Assembly: GCF_001447785.1 (NCBI RefSeq)
Contig: NW_015162489.1
Span: 1,191,618 to 1,255,617, forward strand
DNA: 64,000 nt
Reading direction: 5' to 3'
Origin: Gekko japonicus
Taxonomy: Eukaryota
In this document: one piece after another, positions 27,331-39,300 of the stretch
Position numbering within the stretch: the stretch's first letter is position 1
Layout: each line of letters starts with the position of its first letter
Notes under the pieces: generated by a model
Seen by the model: only the letters and a program-made list of their open reading frames with translations
The model's database searches: none
What the model was told of the DNA's origin: nothing
Position numbers and translations under genes: made by a program

Positions 27331-30300
27331 TAATTCTTCTTTCCTTTCTTTGTTTTCAGGGGTCCTATGATCCCTATACTTATCCAGGTGACTATGATAT
27401 GCACACAGGTGAGTTCTTGCTGTTATGTTGGTGATAACAATGCTGCCTCGAGGCGATTATTTTGTGGGGTTCGTAGACTATGTTGTATATTTGAGTATAT
27501 ATGGCCTGGAGCTTTTACTAATTGCTAAAGACCCTATATTGTACAGAAGTAGCTTAGCTGTAGCTTCTGTATCAGAGTTATATGGTAAACCAAAGAATAT
27601 ATACTTACAGAAATTTTCCAACATGGGCTACTACTAAAAGAAACAAACCTTGGCCTGTATTTAGTTTGGCAACTATTCTAGAAACGTTGAATTCATTTAT
27701 CTAGTGGTGTTTGTTTTCATGGGGAAAACTTGGGAAAGATCTGAATCAAACAACCCCAAATTGTTAGTAAGTTTGCAATCTTGCATGTTGAAGATACAGT
27801 GTTGTAAATACAATGAGAGCTAGCTTGGTGTAGTGGTTAAGTGCGCAGACTCTAATCTGGGAGAACCGGGTTTGATTCCCTACTCCTCCACTTGCAGCTG
27901 CTAGAGGATCTTGGACAAGCCATAGTTCTGTCAGAACTGTTCCTGAAAGAGCTCTCTCAGCCCCACCTACCTCACAGGGTGTCTGTTGTGGGAAGGGAAA
28001 GGAGTTTGTAAACCACTGTGAGTGAAGGGTGGGGTATAAATTCAATCTCTTCTTCTTTTTGGACTGTTTGGGTTTTAACATGAAAGATGCATTTTCTCTT
28101 CCAAACACCATGGCTCAGAAACTTTAAAAAAAAATCCTTCATACTTAGTGGCATTCCATTTGTTGGGGTTATTCCTGGGCTTTGGTTAGGCTTACAGATC
28201 TCCAGGTGTGGCCTGGGATTCTCCCAGAATTACAGCTGGTTTCCAGACTGCAAAGATTAGTTTCCCTGGATGACATGGCAGCTTTGGAGCTTGATTCTGT
28301 GCTCTGTGGTGTACCACAGACATTCAGTCCTTACTGAGCAGGGGGAGGGGGCCTCGGGGGGGGGGCTGCCAGCTAATTAAATGAAAGCACAGGGCAGGTG
28401 GTAAGTTGGAGCACCTTGGGGGCAGTCTAGGAGGGAGGGGGCCCAGAAGAAACACTAGGGGGCTGGGTCCCGTGGGCCCCATGTTAGCTACAGGCCAGTC
28501 TGAGCATCACATTCTCAAGGCACTGAGCATCACATTCTCAAGGCACTGCCCTCAAATATCCAGGAATTTCCCAAGCCAGAGTTGGCAACCCTGGTTCTGG
28601 CATTCTCCCTTGAGACATATGTGAAATTTTCAAAATGGTATGTAAAATATGTGCAAAAGGAAGAAAAGTTTTAAGGTGACAGCTGCCTTTCATGTTTGGG
28701 ACTCTTTTTAATTGTCGCTGTTCTATTTCTTATCCCAACCTAGACAGCTCAAGCTAGCCTGACCTTATCAGATCTCAGAAGCTAAGCAGCGTTGGCCCTG
28801 GTTAATTCTTGGATGGGAGACCACCAAAGAATGCCAGGGTTACTATGCAGATCAGGCAATGGCAAACCACCTCTGAACATCTCTTGCCTGGAAAATCCTA
28901 CAGGGCTGCCATAAGTCAGCTGCAACTGGATGGCAAGAAAAAGAAATTTCTGCTTCTTCATAGAAAAAAATGCATGCTTTTACTTTCACAGCCTCTTAAT
29001 AGTTAAAGCAAAAAATATTGTTTTGTCTACTATTCATTAAATTCATTTAAAAAGATTGGCACGCAATGTTTCATGATTGTGCAAAAAAACCCAAAAGAAT
29101 TTGGGGGGGGTATACCTCCCGGAAAAACCCTTATAAAGAGCAATGTTTGAGCATATGCAAACATCAACCCCTTCCCAGTTTAGGTGGCATTTTTGGTTAT
29201 CAAAGCAATACAAAATGACATCCAGTAGTGGCCATTACCATTTATTTTATTTGGGGGTTTTGCATTTTTTATACATCCGTGTGTGTGCACTCGTACCTGG
29301 AAGTCATCACAGCCTCTGGTGACTGACTGTGTACACACCTGGAAGTCATGGCGACCTCTGATGACTGACCCTTACTGGGGGCCTGGAGGATATTCAGAGA
29401 GGTGGCTGAATAAAGCCTGCCCTCACTTCTGGTATTCCAAGGAGGTCTCCCATCCAAGTACTTGCCAGAGTTGACTCTGCTTCGCTTCCAAGATCTGATG
29501 AGATCGGGCTTGCCTGGGCTATCCAGGTTAGGGCACCATCACCATTTAGAGGAGGAGGTGAGGAAGGAGAGAAACGGAACTCGAGCCAGCCAGTGTAGAA
29601 AGGGAGGGGAAATGGAACCCAGTGGAGGGAGAGACGAGGTAGGGATGATGAGTTGCAATTTCGTTCACATTCCTCTCAATGAGAATATTTTTCCCCACCC
29701 TCAGTAACTTTAACGTTGTTGTTTCTCTTGTATTTGACAGGAGATCCAAAACAGGATCTAGCTTATGAACGACAATATGAGCAGCAAACTTACCAGGTGA
29801 TTCCAGAAGTGATAAAAAACTTTATCCAATATTTTCATAAGACTGTGTCGGATCTGATTGATCAGAAAGTGTATGAGCTGCAGGCCAGTCGTGTATCTAG
29901 TGATGTCATCGACCAGAAAGTGTATGAAATCCAAGACATTTATGAAAACAGGTATGATTTTAGTCTTCTTGGTAAAGTTTAGGGGTGACGAGTATATCAG
30001 TGGTATCATTGAATATTGTTAACACTTGAGAGATTTCATAATTGATGGAGGAATATGCACTTGAATACACACACCAGCTCACCTTGAAAATATGAGAAGT
30101 AACTGAGCATTACATAGGCAGTTGTCTTACAGTGCTGTCCTTTGCAGAGTCACTGTTGTCTCAACCTACTGAAATCGATGGGCTTAGGCTCTGCGTAGGG
30201 TGGTGCTGTTGTTGTGTCATGGACTGATCCTATTGAGAGCTGTACTATTTCAACAAACAGGACCACTGTGTATAATAGCTAGTAAAACAGTAAATCACCA

Positions 30301-33300
30301 TGTACAATTAAACAAGTACACTATCCGTTTGTGTGTCCTTCTTCAGGTTTGTCATTCTGTAATTATTTCTTAATTAGAATGAAGTGCTGCAAGCCATATT
30401 TCAAAATGATAATTCTTATACAATTTTTTGATGTACGCTACCGCGCTTAGATTCTGGTGACTAGGGAGCTCCTATAGCAAGCTCTAATGTGACTGGGTCC
30501 ACAGCCAATTATTATATGCTGTAGACAAACCTGAAGAAGGACACGCAAACGGATAGTGTACTAGAACTCCGTCGTTTGTCTGTAACTAGTACTGTATTAC
30601 TCTGTATGTACTGCTAAGCTTTATATCGCATATTGTAGTGTTATTGTTGTAATTTTGTTAATAATTGAACTCTAAACATTGCATATAAAACCCAACAAAT
30701 ATTGTTTAATTGTACATGGTGATTTACTGTTTTACTAGAGAGCTGTACTATGGCAGCTTTTCTTGAAGTACTCAGCAAATTTTCCCCTCAGTCTTTCAAC
30801 CTGATATCCTTTCAGTTGGAAATATTAGGGACTGGGAATCTGGGAATAATTGCAAACTATTGCTCTTAATTTTTTTTAAAGGCTGTGGAAACTGTTTTTT
30901 CATTTGTCTCTGCTGAGGTCTGTTAAATTTTCACAGATAATGTACATTGGAAGATTTGTTCCTGACTTTTGTCTTTACTGCTTATAGATAGTGGGTTTAT
31001 TCATTCAATAAAACGAGAAGTGGGAAAAGTAAATTGAAATACATACAGTTTTAATTGTTGCTGCTATTGTTGCATCTTAATCTCGCTGGCATTCAAGATT
31101 GAAGCACTAAGTACTGTTTTGCCTGTGTGTTGCAGCTGGACCAAGCTCACAGAAAGGTTCTTTAAAAACACACCATGGCCAGAGGCTGAAGCTATTGCTC
31201 CGCAGGTTGGAAATGGTATGTACTTTATGTCAATTTCTGTTGTTTTGTGAAGAGGGAAACAGGAATGGTTTGTTTTAAAGAGATCCACAGCAACCTTTGT
31301 CTTACACTGGAATTCTCCATGTTTTTAAAGCCTGCATTTTAGCATTAGCATGAAGAAACTGCATTAGCATGAAGAAACTCAGAGAGACAAGCTGAATTGA
31401 ATTTGGCTCCTCTAATCCAACGGGGATTGTGTTGGTGGGTGCCTTTTTCCTACCCATCCGCCTGCCTCAGTTGTCACAGTCAGCACCCACGTGCGGAGAT
31501 ATTTCCATGTTAGAGTATTTTGGTCCTCAGAGAATTGTCTGGCTACCTGATGTCCTTGGCAGTCTTCGAAGCAAAAAGAGTTGTTTATTTCACTATGACA
31601 CTAGATGCTGTGCTATTGAGTGACAGGTACAGCCAAACAGATTACAATGTTTGTGTCTTTGTGGGTGGGATGAACCAAACTGAAGTTTTCTCCCATATTG
31701 TTTCTTGTTTTTGGTATCCTCTATGTTGTTCTTTTTTAAATTATCTTCGTTTTACATGTAAATAATCATTTGAGTCATTTTTATCTCATATTGTCCAACC
31801 ATACATAAAACATTTTGCATCTTATTTGAAATATTTCATTACTCTTCCCTTGTAGTATTATACTTAATCTGTCCATTTCTGCCAGTGACAACAATTTCTC
31901 TATTAATTCCTTTTTGAGGGTATTTTTTCATCTTTCCAGTACTTGGCTAGTAATATTCTTGCTGCAGTAAAAATATATGTTATTACATACTTATTTTCCT
32001 TATTATGAGTTTCTGGAAGAATATTTAATAAGGTAATTTCTATATCCTCTATGTTGTTCTTGAACAAAAACTGCGTATTTGAAAGTTAGAAATAGTAAAT
32101 CTACTGATTAACTTTTAGCCTTCCATGTATCTGGCAGATTTCTTCTTCTAACTAGCTTGCAGCTCTATCTTATGCATGTTTACTTGTAGGTGGGTCCCTC
32201 TGAGCAGTGGGGCTTATTCCCTAGTAAGTGTACATAGAACTATACCCTTAAATGGCAGATTGGTGTTGTCTGATGTTGTTGTTGTTTTTTAATCTTTTTA
32301 TTGGTTTTACTATAGTAAACAAAGGTAAATCATAACATTTTATACAACAAAAGGTTTCACTAGAGAGAGATCAACATACATTTCAGCACATATGTCTTTC
32401 ACTAGAGAGAGATCAACATACATTTCAGCACATATTTCTAACATTTCTAACAATAATTATAAAGAACATTTTTGTCCACTCCAGATATAAAGTTCATCAG
32501 GATTTCATTTCTATTGCTTGGTGTTTCTAAAATATAATCTGTTAGTATTTTATCGCACAACCTTAAAAATCCATCTTAACACCTATATCATACACATAAC
32601 ATAACAACAAAAACAATCAGTTCTTTAAGCATAGATTCATCTATAGTACCTTTTATTTATAAACAAATCCGGGTTGATTTATTCCCTGTATTTTTCTGGT
32701 CCTTTTAAACATTTTCCAGTTTCCTATAAACTGCAGTCAAATAACAAGCTTGAATTTCTTATTTCCTATCTCTTTTCTTTAAACTTATAATATTTCTCTT
32801 TTTCTTCTTCAAATGTTTATCCAAAATTTATACCTTATATTTCTATTGTCCTACTCTAATCATACCCCGGTACAGTATTTAATCATAACCTGGTAAATCA
32901 AGAGAATATACCAAAATAAACAGTTATTTCCTGTTTTTCTTTTCCCTCTATGTCTTTCTATCTCATTTGTCTTCTTATTGTATTGTCTGATGTTGTTGAG
33001 TGTGAATTTGATTATTCAGACCGTAACAAAGTAAGTGAACCCTACATACACAAATGGTTTTGGTACATAAAGTTTGACTCCAGTGGCACCTTTAAGACCA
33101 ACAAAGTTTTATTCAAGGTATACGCCAGGGGTCATTTCATAGAAAAAGAGCTAGGGGAACTCATTAGCATAACTCATTAGCATATGCCACACCCCCTGAC
33201 ATCACTAGAAGTGTGTCATAAGGCCACACCCCCTGACATCACTGGAAGTGTGTCGTAAGGCCACACACCCCGCCCCGAACGGTCCCGGCGGTGGACCTGC

Positions 33301-36300
33301 AAGGCCGGCGGGAGTGCAAGGAAGCCCCGCGAAGGCCCTCCGTGGCCCCAGGCAGGCAGGGGTGGGGAGAGGCAGGGAGGAAGCAACTTACCCTCCCTCT
33401 TCTCCTGCCTCCTCCTGGCTGAATGAGGGCCGGAAGCGGGGCGGCCAGAAGCAGGGGGCGGGGCTTCGTCATGTGCCCCGCCCCCTGCACCTCACCCGGG
33501 GGAACTGCGATCCTCCGCGATCCCCCCCGAAATGACCTCTCGTATACGCTTTTGTATGCACACACACTTCAGGTTCAGAAGTGTGCATGCACACAAAAGG
33601 CTATACCCAGAATTAAACTTTATTGGTCTTAAAGGTGCCACTGGACTCAGACTTTGTTCTGCTGCTTCAGACCAACACAGGTACCACACCTGAATCTGTT
33701 TTGATACATGTGTGCTTGCTGGCTTTGTTGATAGTAGTGTAACTTGGAGCTGCTGATTATGTTTGAGAATATTTGGTCACATTGGTAATACTGTGTTTGG
33801 GTGTACTGCACTGATCAGTTGAACCTGACTATAAACAGATAGAACAGATGGGGATGGGACGAGGAAGAGATCTAAGGCACATGCTGGGCATTCTTTAGCT
33901 ATGTAGGGCCAGTGCAGCATTGACTTCAAGGAACTTGTTTCTGCTTGGCTCATGTAGAATCTTTGGATTACATTTAAAGGACATTTTTGACAAGAATGCT
34001 TTCCTCTGTGTTTCACCATGAGGGAAACTGGCCAGGCTCTTGTTTACTGGTCTGCTTTTTCTCTGCAGATGCAGTCTTCCTGATTTTATACAAAGAACTG
34101 TATTACAGGCACATCTATGCTAAAGTCAGTGTGAGTATCAGAGTGATATTTTTTCCTGGTTGGAAATAAGTTTGCTGGTTTAAGTCATGTATGCCTCCAT
34201 TGCTTGAAGCCCAGACAGTTGAACTACTAAGTCTTATTCATATAGTTTCTCTACTTATATTCTTTTCTGTGCAGGGTGGTCCATCCTTGGAACAGAGGTT
34301 TGAATCTTACTACAACTACTGCAATCTATTCAACTACATTCTTAGTGAGTTACTAGAATTTTACTGCTAGTATATCAAAATGAAGATACCTTTATGCACT
34401 TTTATTTGCTTCATTTATACCTGGTCTTTCTTGCTGAGACCCAAGGTAGATTACAAAATATTTTTTAAAAATTAACTCAGACATTATAAGAAGAAGAAGA
34501 GATTGGATTTATACCCCGCCCTTCACTCAGAGTCTCAGAGCGGCTTACAAACTCCTTCCCCTTCCCCTCCCCACAACAGACACCCTGTGAGGTAGGTGGG
34601 GCTGAGAGAGCTCTTTCAAGAATTTCCCTTTCAAGGACAGATCTTGTCAGAATTGTGGCTTGCCCAAGGTCATCCAGCAGCTGCAAGTGGAGGAGTGGGG
34701 AATCAAACCCTGTTCTCCCAGATTAGAGTCCATGCACGTAACCACTACACCAAACTAGCTCACATTGAGTAAGTAATGCAATAGGACAATTCCAGGTTAT
34801 AGGTTGGTAATTCCTAGCATGCTTGACTATTTTGCTCAGCACAACACCAGTTGAGCTGGACAGCCTCAGGTCACAGCACAGAGGCAGAAATTTGGCAGGA
34901 AGCCTGCAGGATCCCAAGAAAAGGTCCCCTCCTGTACAGCTATATTTGTTTGCAGCTAGAATTTGTAATGTGGTAGTTCTGTGAGTTTAAGTGTAAATTC
35001 TCTGCTTGGTGCCCTCGTGCCCCTCTTAAGATCCCACTCACAAAAAATAAATCTTAAAACAGTCATTTTTTGCAGCTACAGTCCTACGAGTATGCTTTGA
35101 AAGCAAAGCCACTGAAGTTCTGTATAGACATTTCTAAAGCAGTCTTATTTCAGCCCTTACTCCCATGAAAATAAATCTATATATATCATATGTGGGTTGA
35201 CTGGTCAGGTATGACTCTCTTCTCTTCTGCCCCTCTTGCTTGCCAACCTGCCATCTTTCACAAGTAGAGTTGTATTTTTTTTTTCAGCACAAGGGCCAAA
35301 AAAATTGTCCATCTCTGTACCAGAAGTTAAGCTTAATAATCAACACAAAGTTTTAAAGTGTCCATTCCTGCACTATGCCCTTTCTCCTTTGCTGTTTTCT
35401 ACTATTATAGCTCTTTATCACCTGACATCCATCTGGCTTCTTCTCTTGTTGTATTTAAATGCCATATAAAAATGCTTCTTTGCTTCTTTTGCACCCTTTG
35501 CTTCTTTCTACCATTCTCTTTTCCCTGTATATCTCAATTTAATTGAGTCTGTAAGCCAGAGGTGGGACTTGTGTCTTTTGCTTTATTTTATGTATAGCAT
35601 CTAGCCTATCTTTTTCTGCAATACCTATATAATCTGTAAAGTATTTTAGATTAGTTTGAATAATATAGGTATCCTTGTTTTAATTTTAGCAGTAGATTGC
35701 GAGTTAATGATGCACATACCCACTTTATTTATTTATTTATTTAAGATTTATACCCCGCCCTCCCTGCAGAGCGGGCTCAGGGCGTCTTACAAGGGGCAAA
35801 GCCCATATAAAACAGATAAAAGCAATAAAAACATTAATAACAATTAATAACAATTGTACTCATTTAACAAGATGGTCTCCGGATACATGCCAGATGGTAA
35901 ATAGACAGTTCTCCAAGGATGATGTTATCCTATAGCTCAACCATGTAAATTCAGTGGTATCGGTCACGCAGAAGTTGTGGCAGATCTTCCCGGGCCGTCC
36001 TTCACTCCGATGTTGTCCACTTCTTGATCAGTAACTACATTAAGGCTGTCTAAGATTAAGAACAAAAATTTCAAACTGTTAAGTACCTTAGTTTTCCTTC
36101 TGTAAAAGCTGATAGCCAAACTGAATTCTGAAGTAGGCAGTTGTTAAGTGCAGGACTTGATGATACCAAATCAATCTTGTTAATGTATCTTTGGAACTTC
36201 TTTATCACCAAAACACCCAACAGGCAACTTGTAGCACCTTAAAGACGACTAGAAATTTATTTTAGTATAAGCTGTCATGGCCCAGACCTGTCCACAGAAG

Positions 36301-39300
36301 CTTATGATAGAATTAAAAAATGCGTTAATCATCTGGTGCTATGAGAGGCTTGGTTTTCGTTGCAACTATCTCACATGGCTAACCCTCTGGAATTAGCGCG
36401 ATATGTTCTTTATTTACTCATATATTTATATCTGCCCTTTCTTTGTGGCTCAAGGTACTTTACAAATTACAGTTTAAAACACTGAATAAAATAAAACACC
36501 AAATAATCCCCTCCCCCCTAAAGTTACCTGCAGTCTATACCCCCTTTAAAAGCCCTGGCAAATAAAATAGCCTTTCGTCACTTCCTAAAAAAATTCTAGA
36601 GATGGCACTTGCTCAGGGAGCTTGTTCTGGAAAGTGAAAGCTATGATAGAAAATGTGTGTGCTCTAGTTGTTGCCAGTCAGGCTACTCTTGAGTGGGGTG
36701 GTGGGACAGGGGGCAACAGCTAGCAGGCAGCAACCTGAGGGCCACGACTGGTGCACAGGAACATTTGGGAAGAGATAGTCCTTTAGGTGCATGGGGCCAA
36801 CTTTCCCCATTCCTTTCCTTAGCTCCTGTTTATCTATGACATGAAAACTTGCTTACAGGAGTTTCTGCCTAGTTATATATGTTCCTTCGTGGGTGTTGTT
36901 TTATAGATGCAGATGGCCCAGCTCCCCTGGAACTGCCCAATCAATGGCTCTGGGATATCATTGATGAGTTCATATATCAGGTATGATAGCTGGTTGTCAA
37001 GGTTTTTTTTATTCAACCTGTTTTTAAGGTAAAAAAAAAAAGTTTCCATCCCTTCTGGTTAATAATGACCAGTTGGAAAGTATGTAGGCCAGGTATACTA
37101 AAGGCTCATAGATCGAGGTGGTTCTTTCCACAGAGCTTCCAGTTGTCTTTTAGGGATAGCTTGTGTGTCACTTCACCTGTCTCCTGGTACTCCTGCCTAT
37201 ATGTTGGACATCTATGATTATATTCTTTGGACTTTTCGGTGACTTGCATATTAAAGTATTCCACATGTAATTTTCTTTATACAGAACATAAACACATAGG
37301 AGATAAAATGTCCAGCCTGTTAATAGTGATTTTGGGGGTGGGGTTATTGCTTAGTATGTTCCCATAAATTATTTGTTCCCATGCCAGTTTCTCTTATCTA
37401 TAATTCAGCATGTGATCGACGTAGACTCTTGTGTTGCCTTTTCTGCTGCACAAAGAACATAATCATTAACTAAGCTGTATTTTGATATGGAATTTTTTCT
37501 CTGGTGTATGTGGACTTTGGGGCATTTATTCATGTATGTTAATAAAATTGTCCTCCTGTTCTGGCATGGGCAGCTCTTGTATGGTGGCACTGCTTTCTCA
37601 CATATGTTTCTCTTCCTGGATAGTTCCAGTCCTTCAGTCAGTACCGCTGCAAAACTGCCAAAAAGTCTGAGGAAGAGATTGATTTCTTGCGTTCAAACCC
37701 CAAGATCTGGAATGTCCACAGTGTCCTCAATGTGCTGCATTCTCTTGTGGACAAATCCAATATCAATCGGCAGCTGGAGGTCTACACTAGTGGAGGTAAT
37801 GAGAAGAGGGAGGTGGATGTTGCATAGTGAGAAGTGGTCATTCCCTGAGTCCCAGCCTGACTGCTGATCTAGGCTAGCTGAAAGATATTTGCTGGCTTAC
37901 ATGGAAGGACTGCCTGAGTCATTTCACCAACATTTATTGTGGGCCCTTTGATTATTTCTTAATGCCAGTGTCGAGAGGCTCTGAGATATTCTCCTCACCT
38001 TCTATCTACTTGATATTTACAGCATAATAATGCAATTCTGTTAAGCTAATTTAAACCCCATTCCTTTAGTTAACAGGGAGCCAAGTAAGTCTAAGTGCAT
38101 GGTCTTAGCTCATTCATAGATAGGTCTGAAAGAAACTTTCAGTTTTGAACATTAGAAGCAGTCTAAAGATTAAATAATATTAATTAGTTCCCTCTGATTC
38201 CAGCACAAACAAACAGCTCAGTAAGGCTTATCTCTCTAACAAGTGTACTTAGAGTTGCAGCGTAGGGCTGCATATTTGAAAGTGTGCCCAATGTGGGTCT
38301 CTAAACTATGGTAGTGGTTGCAAGAATAGAACCAGGGGTTGGTACTCATTTTAGACTGATTCAAATTGGTAATGTCCAGATGGGAGTAGCTGATAACTCT
38401 AAGGCATCAGTAGAACTAGTAGCATTTAAAAGTACTGCAACAAATTTCTTTTGGCTACTGGATTCTTGATTGTAACATCTGTAGCCTTGGATGAGTCCAA
38501 TTAATACTATTATCCATACTATTTCTGCTTGGTCACAAGCCAGTGAAACATGTAGGGAAAAAAGGAACAGATGTAACCTTCGTATCTGCCATAGTATGTA
38601 CAAGAGCCTTTTCAAACTTCAGTTAAAAGCATTCCTTCCTCCTCTTGCTCTAGGTGACCCTGAGAGTGTGGCTGGGGAGTATGGCCGCCACTCCCTGTAT
38701 AAGATGTTGGGCTACTTTAGCCTTGTCGGTCTGCTGCGTCTCCATTCGCTGCTGGGAGATTACTACCAGGCCATCAAAGTTTTGGAAAACATAGAACTTA
38801 ACAAAAAGGTAATAGAAGTTCAGTCTTAAATCCTTTCTTCAGTTTCAGCAATCATAGCATTAAAAAAAAGAAAGAAAATGCCCTGTAAGACAATCTTCTC
38901 TGTTCTTTTTTTGCCCCCTCTCAGTGTTGAACTACTTTGGTTTTCGGAAGGGTGAGGCTCATATGCCGTTCCCTCCTTTGCTGTCATGTGTGTCAAATGT
39001 AGTGTCCCTATAGAATCTTATTGGAGGCTGGAGAAGATTAATTCCTGAGTGTTTCATTTGCCTTCCTTTTCCTTCCCATCCCAGAGTATGTATTCCCGAG
39101 TGCCTGAGTGCCAGGTCACTACCTATTACTATGTGGGTTTTGCATACCTCATGATGCGACGCTACCAAGATGCTATCCGGGTCTTTGCCAATATCCTCCT
39201 GTATATTCAGAGGACTAAGAGCATGTTCCAGAGGACAACCTACAAATATGAGATGGTAAGATGCCCTGAGGCCCTCTCCCTGCACTTTTCACATGTCCCT

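Noticed and set aside
28500-28548. 23-bp tandem duplication (similar ones at ~31342-31379 and ~32356-32435)
   Set aside because: Simple two-unit slippage duplications; not an array or CRISPR-like structure.
28750-28830. Possible 5S rRNA genes (and the other 5S-like copies)
   Set aside because: Lack authentic 5S ends and terminator, are diverged, and are fused to a LINE-like tail: SINEs, not rRNA genes.
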